In this document: positions 1 to 7,885 of the stretch, piece after piece
How positions within the stretch are numbered: the stretch's first letter is position 1
Layout: every line of letters begins with the position of its first letter
Virus record (IMG/VR): IMGVR_UViG_2778261571_000007
Origin: a virus
Lineage: Duplodnaviria > Heunggongvirae > Uroviricota > Caudoviricetes
Strand: one strand, 5' to 3'
DNA length: 12,976 nucleotides
Position numbers and translations under genes: made by a program
The notes under the pieces: model-generated
The model's database searches: none
What the model was told of the DNA's origin: nothing
The model's input: the letters and a program-made list of their open reading frames with translations, nothing else

Positions 1-28
1 AGGGACAGCTGATAGAAACAGAAGCCAC
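1..28 (-). CDS. insA: InsA (IS1) 5' fragment, cut by the window edge
   Basis: The reverse complement of 2-28 reads GTG GCT TCT GTT TCT ATC AGC TGT CCC, i.e. M-A-S-V-S-I-S-C-P, the InsA N-terminus. A GAGG Shine-Dalgarno lies upstream on the minus strand. Confidence 0.75.
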
Positions 29-83
29 TGGAGCACCTCAAAAACACCATCATACGCTAAATCAGTAAGTTGGCAGCATCACC
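1..83 (-). mobile_element. IS1 insertion sequence, terminal 83 bp (insA-proximal end), element continues leftward past the window edge
   Basis: Bases 1-83 are the reverse complement of the IS1 end as I recall it (GGTGATGCTGCCAACTTACTGATTTAGTGTATGATGGTGTTTTTGAGGTGCTCCAGTGGCTTCTGTTTCTATCAGCTGTCCCT), with one mismatch at window position 56. The terminal inverted repeat ends at 83 (...GCATCACC). Confidence 0.9.
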
Positions 84-223
84 CAAACAACGCTTATTAT
101 TAAAAGCGGTTAAACAAATTAAATTTTAATGTTATGCAAATTTGTCAGATCACCATAATATCTCATTTGAAAACCGCTGAAATAACAATCCTATCAGGAT
201 TAATCATATTAAGGTGAGTAAAT

Positions 224-310
224 ATGGAAAACAACAAATCTGCACATTACGCTCCTTTTTTATCTGTAATACTTTTTGTTTTTTGCTGTGTATGGGCATT
301 ATTTTTATAA
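224..310 (+). CDS. Hypothetical 28-aa hydrophobic peptide (MENNKSAHYAPFLSVILFVFCCVWALFL); may be spurious
   Basis: ATG at 224 is preceded by AAGGTGAG at 211-218. The predicted peptide has a polar N-terminus followed by one hydrophobic helix-length segment. It sits in an AT-rich region and I recognise no homolog. Confidence 0.2.
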   Translation: MENNKSAHYAPFLSVILFVFCCVWALFL

Positions 311-385
311 AAATATTCACAGATAAAATAAACTCGCCGAATCAGGTTAAGTGTGGGTGCGTTGAGGATGCCTGACACATCAGAG

Positions 386-409
386 GCGGCGAGGGATTTC
401 TCCCTCGCC
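386..409 (-). terminator. Stem-loop immediately 3' of hok (GGCGAGGGA-TTTC-TCCCTCGCC); candidate hok mRNA 3' fold-back/terminator structure
   Basis: A 9-bp perfect inverted repeat with a 4-nt loop starts about 10 nt downstream of the hok stop codon on the minus strand. No clear U-tract follows, so function as an intrinsic terminator is uncertain. Confidence 0.4.
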
Positions 410-418
410 TAGTCACTC

Positions 419-574
419 TTACTCCTCAGGTTCGTAAGCTGTGAAGACAGCGACCTCCGTCTGACCGGTTCGGATTCGCACCTCGCAGAGGTCTTTCCTC
501 GTTACCAGTGCCGTCACTATGACGGTTAAACAGATGACAATCAGTGCGACTAACATCGCCTTTTGCTGCTTCAT
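419..574 (-). CDS. hok: Hok/Gef family type I toxin (51 aa, small membrane-damaging peptide)
   Basis: The translation MKQQKAMLVALIVICLTVIVTALVTRKDLCEVRIRTGQTEVAVFTAYEPEE matches the Hok/Gef signature (N-terminal transmembrane helix, conserved RKDLCE...R.G..EVA.F.AYE) and is near-identical in pattern to E. coli HokC/HokD as I recall them. ATG at 572-574 has a GGAG Shine-Dalgarno upstream. Confidence 0.9.
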   Translation of the reverse strand: MKQQKAMLVALIVICLTVIVTALVTRKDLCEVRIRTGQTEVAVFTAYEPEE

Positions 575-631
575 AGCCTGCTTCTCCTTGCCTTCCGGCG
601 CGTAAGAGGCTAACCTACATGTGCAAAGCAT
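419..631 (-). CDS. Mok-like in-frame upstream extension of hok (70 aa), putative translational-coupling ORF
   Basis: The ORF starts at the ATG at 631 and reads in frame into hok. Its N-terminal extension MLCTCRLASYAPEGKEKQA resembles the MokC extension pattern. Whether it is translated is not determinable from sequence. Confidence 0.45.
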   Translation of the reverse strand: MLCTCRLASYAPEGKEKQAMKQQKAMLVALIVICLTVIVTALVTRKDLCEVRIRTGQTEVAVFTAYEPEE

Positions 632-1294
632 GAAATTGGCCTCAGATTAATGTTAAGCGTCTTGCCGGACGCGTAATGTTATCTGGGGCTTTTCTCTATC
701 TGCCTTTGGTGTTCATGCCTGAGGCAGATAGCCTCAAGCACCCGCAGCAATTCTACTTAACTCCCGTCACCTCGCCAATATAAAATCAATCAGAAAGGCG
801 ATCCATAAGAACAACAGCAAGACAATAAATTGCCATTACAGCCGCAATAGCTAGCGCACATTTGAGAACCAGCACGACAACCTCCTGTATTGGACGTACA
901 CCAGTTCTGATAAATATGAGGCTGTCTCATCATTGATTCAATATAACTATTGGGTATAGTTTCTGTGATTTTGTTCTGTAGAAATGGAACACAACAACCA
1001 GTCACCACCAGCACTTCTTTAAATACGCCAAGTCCGACGCAAGCTAACCTTCTAGTCCGCTTTGAGCGAGGAGCGGACCAAACCCGGCCAACTGACTCTT
1101 AAAGGGGCCGCAGGAATTTTTCGTCTGAACTTTCGAAGCTCCTCTCCCTGAAGACAGAAAACTTCTGTGTGCTGTGGGAATATTGAATCTTTGCCTTAGA
1201 TATAAATAATTTTATCCCGCCTGAAGTTTACATTATTTTATTTATCTGTTTTTCTAAATCAGACTGCACTCCTTACTTAAATCAGGAGCCAGTC

Positions 1295-2494
1295 ATGCCA
1301 TTTGTTATTTATGTGTTTACTATCAGTGCCTTTGCGCTCGGACTCGCGGAATTTGTCCCCATTGGGCTGACAGACGTTATGGCTCAGGGGTTGTGTGTGG
1401 GTGTGGAGCAGACCGGGGCAGCGGTTACAACCTATGCACTGGGGGCAACGTTCGCGGCACCCGTACTGTCTGCGCTGACAGCAAGCTGGAGCCGGAAAAA
1501 TGTAATGCTTACAACTGCCGTTGTGTTTACTGCCGGTAGTCTGGCGGCCGCGTTTGCAGCCACATTACCTCAGCTCCTGTTAGCGCGGTTCATTGCTGGT
1601 CTGGGACACGGCCTGTTTCTGGCTGCGGCATCCAGTACCGCAGCTCGTCTTGCTGGACCGGGTAAAGCAGGCAGAGCGGTGGCTGTGGTATTTGGTGGCT
1701 TTACTCTGGCGATGGCAATCGGCGTACCGCTGAGTACATGGTTGGGGGGGGTGGTCTCATGGCGTCCAGTTCTCGGCGCTATTGCCGCTTTTGGCGCGTT
1801 CGGATTCCTTGGACTGTTGTTCGGTATGAAAGATCCCGTACGCAGCGTGCCCGGTGAACATAGTGACTCAGCAATGCAGAATATCGGCATGCTGTTTAAC
1901 CGTAAGTTGCTGGCCGGCGCGCTGGTTACGGTGCTGGCGTATGCAGGCTCGTTTACGGATTACACCTTTATCGCACCTATTCTGACGCAGGTGACAGGGG
2001 TTACCGGAGCAACGGTGAGTCTGTTTATGCTGGTTTACGGTATTACAGCTGCGGTAGGTAATATTCTTGGTGGGAAACTTACCGACAGCATGGGGGTTAA
2101 TCGTGCCAATATACTCATCATTAGCGGCATTGTTGTTGTCGTGCTTGGTATGTGGCTGCTGTCATCCTCACCGGTGAGCATGGGCATTCTGGTTGCGCTG
2201 CTGGGTATGGTGACATTTGCCGCAGTGCCGGCACTGCAGGCCCGTCTGATTGGTGTCGCTGAGCAACATGCTCCTCATGCGCATGGTGTTGCTGCCGGCC
2301 TGAATATTGCGGGCTTCAACTCAGGTATAGCGCTGGGATCAGTACTGGGCAGCATTACTATAAGCCACGCCGGTATCGTGTATACCGGTATCAGCGGTGC
2401 GATTGTTTCTCTGCTCGGCCTGCTGTTGCTGCTTGCACAAATCCGTCGCAGCCACAGTCGTAAATTTCAACAGGTTAAAATCGTAGGCCAGTAA
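1295..2494 (+). CDS. MFS transporter, DHA1-type efflux pump (SotB/YdeA/NepI-like), 399 aa
   Basis: The protein is highly hydrophobic with a 12-helix-like pattern. It has an N-terminal EFVPIGL motif and a loop G(x)GKAGRAVAVVFGGFTLAMAIGVPL that align to the SotB-type sugar/purine efflux family. A GGAG Shine-Dalgarno lies 8 nt upstream. Confidence 0.88.
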   Translation: MPFVIYVFTISAFALGLAEFVPIGLTDVMAQGLCVGVEQTGAAVTTYALGATFAAPVLSALTASWSRKNVMLTTAVVFTAGSLAAAFAATLPQLLLARFIAGLGHGLFLAAASSTAARLAGPGKAGRAVAVVFGGFTLAMAIGVPLSTWLGGVVSWRPVLGAIAAFGAFGFLGLLFGMKDPVRSVPGEHSDSAMQNIGMLFNRKLLAGALVTVLAYAGSFTDYTFIAPILTQVTGVTGATVSLFMLVYGITAAVGNILGGKLTDSMGVNRANILIISGIVVVVLGMWLLSSSPVSMGILVALLGMVTFAAVPALQARLIGVAEQHAPHAHGVAAGLNIAGFNSGIALGSVLGSITISHAGIVYTGISGAIVSLLGLLLLLAQIRRSHSRKFQQVKIVGQ

Positions 2495-2505
2495 AGGGAG
2501 GTTAT

Positions 2506-3198
2506 ATGCTTACCCGTGAAAATATGCTTAATGGCACATTTGTCAGGGTGCATGAAGCGCTGCTCCCGGCGAATATGCTCTGGGACGCTGAAAAAATACG
2601 CGCATCAATGAACTCTACTCTGGAGGAGCGCCCGACGGGTGCTCCTGTCTGGATATTTGCCTACGGGTCATTGATGTGGAATCCCGTGCTGGCGATTGAA
2701 GAAATGCAACGGGCCCGTCTGAAAGGATTGCAGCGCAGTTTCTGCATTCGTTTGATATCCGGACGAGCGACTCCTGATGTCCCCGGCAGGATGTTATCGC
2801 TCGACGAAGGTGGAATTACCGAAGGTATTGCGTTCAGACTGCCGGAATCGACTCTTATTAATGAGCTGGAAATTGTCTGGACGCGCGAGATGATAACCGG
2901 TCTTTACCGTCCGGTCTGGGCAGACGTTTCGCTAGGAAACGGTGAGGAAATTCAGGCGCTGGCTTTCGTATCAGACAGACTGCATCCGCATTATGAACAG
3001 GACAATCTTACAGCGACCGTAGCGTTGAGCATCGCATCTGCCCGTGGAGACATTGGCACGAATGCAGATTATGTATGGAAACTGCAGGCCACTCTGGGTG
3101 CGTTGGGAATACGGGATGATTACGTGAGTGAACTGGCCCTTGCTCTGCATGAGGCTCCCTGTAACGATAAACTTCATCAGCGAGGCGCTTCACTATGA
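2506..3198 (+). CDS. ChaC-like gamma-glutamylcyclotransferase (glutathione-specific GGCT family), 230 aa
   Basis: The translation carries the hallmark YGSLMWNP motif and aligns along its length to E. coli ChaC as I recall it (e.g. PVWIFAYGSLMWNP, FC(I/L)RL, GRMLSLDEGG, WTREMITG). A strong AGGGAGG Shine-Dalgarno lies upstream; the gene starts 12 bp after the MFS stop. Confidence 0.85.
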   Translation: MLTRENMLNGTFVRVHEALLPANMLWDAEKIRASMNSTLEERPTGAPVWIFAYGSLMWNPVLAIEEMQRARLKGLQRSFCIRLISGRATPDVPGRMLSLDEGGITEGIAFRLPESTLINELEIVWTREMITGLYRPVWADVSLGNGEEIQALAFVSDRLHPHYEQDNLTATVALSIASARGDIGTNADYVWKLQATLGALGIRDDYVSELALALHEAPCNDKLHQRGASL

Positions 3199-4076
3199 GC
3201 CATCTGAGCCATCTGCGAACGTTTCTTGAGGCCTATCGCTCTGGCTCCTTTTCAAAGGCGGCAGAACTACTGGGCATCACTCAGCCCGCGGCGTCACAGC
3301 ATATCCAGTCTCTTGAGACTCTGGTTGGTAAGCGTCTGTTTATCAGGCAGGCCAGAGGCGTGACGGCAACCGAAGCTGCGGATGAGCTTGCCCGCTCAGT
3401 TTCACCCTTCATTGATGGTCTGGAAGAAAAGCTGTCCTCTTTCCGGTCAGGCTCTGTACGCGGGGGAACAATTAATCTGGCAGGACCGCCAGATTTTATT
3501 CATTCCCGGCTTGGGACAGTAATGGCTCCACTAATGAAGGAGGGGTATCGCCTACGCTTTCATACCGGCAATAAGCAACGTATTTATTCCCTTTTGCATG
3601 ACGGGAGCGCCGATCTCGCTGTTACCGCATCTATGCCTGATGACCGTCTGTACGGCTATGCACATCTACTGACTGAACGCATGCTCCTTGTTCATGCTCC
3701 CGCCATGTCAGAGATCATCGGATCAGAACCTGGTGCTGAAACGCTTGCCTCATTACCGCTGATTGCTTATGACGAAGAGTTGCCACTGATTAGAGCGCTC
3801 TGGGCCTCCATGTTTCAGAGAGCCCCTGAGATGCAGGCTACATTCACCATTCCGGATTTACGTATTATCCGCGACTTGGTCTGTGACGGCCACGGGTGGA
3901 CAGTGCTGCCGGATTATCACTGTGACAATGACCTGAAAAGTGGTCGCCTGATTTCAGTGACACCTGCAGACCTCGCTCCGACTAATCATCTTTATCTGGT
4001 CTGGAACAAAAGGACGGCTAATAACAGCCGAACCGCCTATGTTCGGGATTACATTCTTAAAACGTTTCCGCGTTGA
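3195..4076 (+). CDS. LysR-family transcriptional regulator, 293 aa
   Basis: The N-terminus has the LysR helix-turn-helix signature (LRTFLEAYRSGSFSKAAELLGITQPAASQHIQSLE), and the length and C-terminal domain are typical of the family. The start codon overlaps the ChaC-like stop (ATGA), implying co-transcription. Confidence 0.9.
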   Translation: MSHLSHLRTFLEAYRSGSFSKAAELLGITQPAASQHIQSLETLVGKRLFIRQARGVTATEAADELARSVSPFIDGLEEKLSSFRSGSVRGGTINLAGPPDFIHSRLGTVMAPLMKEGYRLRFHTGNKQRIYSLLHDGSADLAVTASMPDDRLYGYAHLLTERMLLVHAPAMSEIIGSEPGAETLASLPLIAYDEELPLIRALWASMFQRAPEMQATFTIPDLRIIRDLVCDGHGWTVLPDYHCDNDLKSGRLISVTPADLAPTNHLYLVWNKRTANNSRTAYVRDYILKTFPR

Positions 4077-4120
4077 TGTTTGAAACGGATGATTGGCGAT
4101 GCGTATCATAAGTTACGTAT

Positions 4121-4150
4121 GTCCGCTTCTGGCACAAAGCAGACGCCCAC
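4121..4150. repeat. Copy A of a 30-bp imperfect direct repeat (GTCCGCTTCTGGCACAAAGCAGACGCCCAC)
   Basis: 24 of 30 positions match copy B at 7794-7823 in the same orientation. It lies in the convergent intergenic gap between the LysR gene and the DUF2254-like gene. Confidence 0.6.
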
Positions 4151-4206
4151 TCTCACGCGAATGCTTTGCCCTTGACTTGCCAACAACCGTATCGCTTGCT
4201 CCGCAA

Positions 4207-5484
4207 CTATGGTTTTTTATTAGAATCTTCGCCACTAAATAAATTATAATAAATTGATTTTATTAGATATCTGTCAGAATCTATATGGTCAGCACGAGTA
4301 GCATGCTCTAATGTTTCAAATGCTAGGGTTTGTGCGGCTTCAGCAAAAATTCCAGGCCAACCCTTACTCAGCATCGACAGTCCTTTAAGTACCCTTATCT
4401 GAATTTCCCTCATACTGGCACCATCGCGCGCAACAGGTGAGAAAAAGTCTTCAAGTAGATCGTTATTCTGAAGTGGTGCAACATGTACAGAAGGATATTT
4501 CACTTCTATTTCATCAGATTTATTCTGCGCGTAAGCGGAAAGTATACGTACACCTCTGCCAATGACATCAATGGCGGTTCCAGGATCGTTCACTGCGGGG
4601 GAAAGGGCTCGGCAGGCTATTTCGGCCATGACGCTAAGACAAAATCGGGGGTCCTGAGCAAATGAACGTACATCCGAGACAATAATCGTCTCAAGTAAAT
4701 CGGTGCTGATTGATGACTCCTGGCCCTGACTCAGGTACAAAACTGGCGTGGACGGATGTATGAAACTGCCCGGCTGCGCCACGAGGTATACATGACGGGG
4801 ATCATTGGTCAGCAGCTTGCTGAGTTTCACCATATCAACATATTCAACATAGCCAATCTTTTTCGGATAAACTGCAACCGTTCCTTTCGGCTGTTCATTG
4901 TTCTCAAGCCATGGATATCCGCCGAGACAGGGATTTCTTGCTCTCGCAATAAATGTTTCGATGGCCGCCTGTTCTACTTTTGCCGTTGTCTCACCAACCC
5001 TCCCCAGAGAGGTCAAATGCTGTATCCAGCGAAGCAATGTGATGAGGATTAAGGCAATGACAACCAGTGTTACAATGAATAAAATGACTCTCCCCCTTTC
5101 TCCATAAGCTCCCATATTGAGGGCAATAATCCCTACCAGACTGAAGAGAAAAGAACCGATGAAGGTGGCCAGTACATTTTGTGTGGTGACGTCTTCAACA
5201 ACTAAACGAGTAGCTCTGGGAGTCACATTAGTAGTGGCTGAACCGTAGGCTGTGACCATGATGCTCAGCGAAAATGTGGTCACTGCCAGCATACTCGATG
5301 CCAGTATGTTCAGAATGTTATCGACTGCTTCCGCACCAACCTTCACGGAAACCGACTCAGGTATCATTGATTTAAAAAGAATTGATAAAAGGGCCGTTAT
5401 TATTGCGACAATTGCGAATAACGTTGCCCTGAACCATAGTTTTTTAAATGTCTGCTTCAGCATCCATTTCCAGCGTGAAATCAT
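4207..5484 (-). CDS. Integral membrane protein with a large C-terminal soluble domain, DUF2254-like, about 425 aa
   Basis: A long ORF with N-terminal transmembrane segments and a conserved-looking SPAVNDPGTAID motif. The start is probably the ATG at 5482-5484 (GAGGGA Shine-Dalgarno 9 nt upstream); the ORF track's ATG at 5499 has no Shine-Dalgarno. The family assignment is from memory and moderately certain. Confidence 0.8.
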   Translation of the reverse strand: MISRWKWMLKQTFKKLWFRATLFAIVAIITALLSILFKSMIPESVSVKVGAEAVDNILNILASSMLAVTTFSLSIMVTAYGSATTNVTPRATRLVVEDVTTQNVLATFIGSFLFSLVGIIALNMGAYGERGRVILFIVTLVVIALILITLLRWIQHLTSLGRVGETTAKVEQAAIETFIARARNPCLGGYPWLENNEQPKGTVAVYPKKIGYVEYVDMVKLSKLLTNDPRHVYLVAQPGSFIHPSTPVLYLSQGQESSISTDLLETIIVSDVRSFAQDPRFCLSVMAEIACRALSPAVNDPGTAIDVIGRGVRILSAYAQNKSDEIEVKYPSVHVAPLQNNDLLEDFFSPVARDGASMREIQIRVLKGLSMLSKGWPGIFAEAAQTLAFETLEHATRADHIDSDRYLIKSIYYNLFSGEDSNKKP

Positions 5485-5509
5485 TCTGCATTCCCTCATA
5501 TTGCAGCCG

Positions 5510-5541
5510 GGATAAATAAATGCCGCCTCTGTGGCGGCATG
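5510..5541 (-). terminator. Rho-independent terminator downstream of the BetT-like gene
   Basis: On the minus strand: ATGCCGCC-ACAGA-GGCGGCAT (8-bp GC-rich stem) followed directly by TTTATTTAT, starting 7 nt after the BetT-like stop. Confidence 0.7.
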
Positions 5542-5547
5542 TTGCTG

Positions 5548-7551
5548 TTAACGAACCAGATGCAGGAAGTGCAGGTGTTTTTCGTACTGGTCCAGTATGT
5601 CATTAATCAGCTGTTCCTGATTCCAGCCCATTACATCATAATTTTGGCCGCCCTCTTTGAGATAGACTTCAGCGCGATAATATCGATGTTGTTCACTCTG
5701 CTGCTCATCATTATCCAGCGCAGCGAGCGCGAAGGTCGGTGAGTTATACCCGCGAAGCCTCACTTCATATATATAATTCAGCTCGTTGCCCAAATCGACT
5801 TCAAGGCGAATACGATCCTCGGCGGCGTCACTGATGTGGCTTATCGTTCCCTGCTTGTTAAGTTCCTCCTGAACCAGCGTCATGGCGGGTTGGATAATGT
5901 CGTCCATAAAACGTTTCACAAGAGAGCGCTTCGGCAAATACGCGATATTGCGTAACCTTCTCTGCCAGGGAATTGGGTTACGTGCAGCCGTAGGAGCAAT
6001 AGTCGCCATGCTAAGGCTTTCACGTTTGGTCAAATCCCGACGCAGGGCTTTTAACAGTCCGTATATGGATATTAATAAGATAACTGAGAAGGGCAATGCA
6101 CTCGCTATCGTTACGGTTTGCAACGCACTCAGCCCCCCTGCGATCAGCAGGGCAATAGCAACAACGCCCATGAGCGATGCCCAGAAAATTCGCTGCCAGA
6201 CGGGCGTGTTTGCCACCCCACCTGATGCCAGAGTATCCACAACCATTGCCCCCGAATCAGCAGACGTTACAAAGAAGACGATGACCATCGCCATTGCAAT
6301 GAATGACAGCACGGAAGAGAACGGGAAATGCTCCAGGAAATTAAACAGGGCAAGCGCAACATCCTGCTGAACGGTATTGGCGAGGTCAGTGGCGCCCTGG
6401 TTCATGATGAGATAGATGGCGCTGTTTCCAAACACCGTCATCCACATGAGCGTAAAGCCGGCGGGAACAAACAACACGCCAGTCACGAACTCACGAATTG
6501 TCCTGCCGCGGGAAACGCGTGCAATGAACATACCTACAAACGGCGACCATGAAAGCCACCATCCCCAGTATAATAATGTCCAGCCCCCCAGCCAGTTGCT
6601 CGACTTGGGTTCATACGCGTAAAGGTTGAACGTTTTACTCACCAGTTCCGACAGATAACCACCCGTATTTTCCACAAATGACTTCAGCAGAAGCACAGTG
6701 GGACCCAGGCACAAGACCAGCGCCAGGAGCAACACCGCCAGGCCCAGATTAAGCTCAGACAGGATGCGTATTCCCTTGTCCAGGCCGGACACCACCGAAA
6801 TCGTCGCTAACCCCGTGATGACCACGATCAAAATGACCTGTACCGTTTCATTGATGGGCACGCCGAAAAGATGGTTCAAACCGGCATTCACCTGCAATAC
6901 ACCGTAACCCAGCGATGTTGCAACGCCAAAGACAGTGCCTATCACGGCGAAGATATCAACCGCGTGGCCTATAGGCCCGTAAATGCGATCGCCGATAATG
7001 GGATAGAGCGCAGAACGCAGCGTTAAAGGCAGACCGTGACGGTAACTGAAAAAGGCCAGAATCAGCGCCACGATGGCATAAATTGCCCATGCGTGCAGAC
7101 CCCAGTGGAAGAACGTCAGGCGCATGGCTTCCTTCGCTGCCGCAACGGTCTCTGGAGTGCCGACAGGTGGCGAAAGATAATGCATCACAGGTTCGGCAAC
7201 GCCAAAGAACATCAGGCCGATCCCCATCCCTGCCGAAAAAAGCATCGCGAACCAGGAGTGGTAGCTGAAATCAGGCTGCGCATGGTCTGGGCCCAGCTTT
7301 ATATCACCGTAACGTGAGAGTCCAAGGAACGTGACGCTCAGTAAAATCAGGGCCACAGCAAGTATGTAGAACCAGCTGGCATTCGTGAAGATTTGTTGCT
7401 GAAGTAGTTTAAAATTTTTGTCGGCGACATCCGGGAATACGGCGGCAAAGGCGACAAGAAGGAAAATTAGCAAAGCAGATGTAAAGAATACCGCTTTGTT
7501 AATCTGGCTTGTAGACTTCTTTGGGGTTGTATCATTTTCACTCATAATCAT
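5548..7551 (-). CDS. BCCT-family transporter, BetT-like (choline/betaine/carnitine family), 667 aa
   Basis: The translation aligns throughout with E. coli BetT as I recall it (e.g. KLGP(E/D)..P(E/D)FS..SW.AMLF.AG.GI.LMFF.VAEP, WSPFVG(M/L)F(I/L)ARISRGRTIR(E/Q)FV, VTSADSGA) and includes a long C-terminal cytoplasmic tail. No betI/betB/betA genes are adjacent. Confidence 0.9.
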   Translation of the reverse strand: MIMSENDTTPKKSTSQINKAVFFTSALLIFLLVAFAAVFPDVADKNFKLLQQQIFTNASWFYILAVALILLSVTFLGLSRYGDIKLGPDHAQPDFSYHSWFAMLFSAGMGIGLMFFGVAEPVMHYLSPPVGTPETVAAAKEAMRLTFFHWGLHAWAIYAIVALILAFFSYRHGLPLTLRSALYPIIGDRIYGPIGHAVDIFAVIGTVFGVATSLGYGVLQVNAGLNHLFGVPINETVQVILIVVITGLATISVVSGLDKGIRILSELNLGLAVLLLALVLCLGPTVLLLKSFVENTGGYLSELVSKTFNLYAYEPKSSNWLGGWTLLYWGWWLSWSPFVGMFIARVSRGRTIREFVTGVLFVPAGFTLMWMTVFGNSAIYLIMNQGATDLANTVQQDVALALFNFLEHFPFSSVLSFIAMAMVIVFFVTSADSGAMVVDTLASGGVANTPVWQRIFWASLMGVVAIALLIAGGLSALQTVTIASALPFSVILLISIYGLLKALRRDLTKRESLSMATIAPTAARNPIPWQRRLRNIAYLPKRSLVKRFMDDIIQPAMTLVQEELNKQGTISHISDAAEDRIRLEVDLGNELNYIYEVRLRGYNSPTFALAALDNDEQQSEQHRYYRAEVYLKEGGQNYDVMGWNQEQLINDILDQYEKHLHFLHLVR

Positions 7552-7793
7552 TTATTCCATTAATTAAATCCGCACTGGATAGAAGGTACTACCTCTCACA
7601 GAGTAGCAAAGTTCAACTGGCTATGCGGGGTTAATCGGAATGCATGGTGGAATGAGTGCCGATACAAATCATCCTATATTCTAAGGAGTTTTAAGTTACT
7701 CAGCCTGCCAATTACTGGGGCATTTAATTTGTATGATCTGTATCAAAGCTGGGATATAAGTTAAGTGAAGTATATTAGGCACGAATTACCAGC

Positions 7794-7823
7794 GTCTGCT
7801 CTTGGCACAAAGCGGACAACCAC
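7794..7823. repeat. Copy B of the 30-bp imperfect direct repeat (GTCTGCTCTTGGCACAAAGCGGACAACCAC)
   Basis: Matches copy A (4121-4150) at 24 of 30 positions. It lies between the BetT-like start and the end of the phage 140-aa gene. Confidence 0.6.
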
Positions 7824-7885
7824 GCTAGCTCTACCCTGTGCCACAAAATGTCAATTTGCATCTGAACTAATGCACTTTAATCTCG

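Noticed and set aside
463-480. tRNA T-arm-like sequence GGTTCGGATTCGCACC
   Set aside because: It lies inside the hok coding sequence and no acceptor or anticodon arms can be built around it, so it is not a tRNA. I found no tRNA, rRNA or CRISPR repeat-spacer array anywhere in the window.
790-1014. 74-aa Cys/Gly-rich ORF on the minus strand between hok and the MFS gene
   Set aside because: It starts at a GTG with no Shine-Dalgarno, has a low-complexity composition (runs of C, G, S, N) and no recognisable fold or family. It is most likely a chance ORF in the hok upstream region. I also saw no convincing small ORF on the plus strand here.
1570-1890. 106-aa ORF antisense within the MFS transporter gene
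   Set aside because: It lies entirely inside a well-supported coding sequence on the opposite strand. Its Pro/Arg/Ala-rich composition is typical of antisense frames of GC-rich membrane-protein genes.
4483-5515. Plus-strand ORFs of 60-98 aa inside the DUF2254-like gene
   Set aside because: Antisense shadow ORFs with low-complexity translations and no start context.
5882-7317. Several plus-strand ORFs of 61-162 aa inside the BetT-like gene
   Set aside because: All are antisense to, or out of frame with, the strongly supported BetT-like coding sequence, and have no Shine-Dalgarno or family signal.
7583-7602. Short imperfect hairpin (CTACCTCT-CAC-AGAGTAG) in the BetT-like 5' leader
   Set aside because: The stem is only about 7 bp with a bulge and no flanking signal. 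It is too weak to call as a regulatory element without comparative support.
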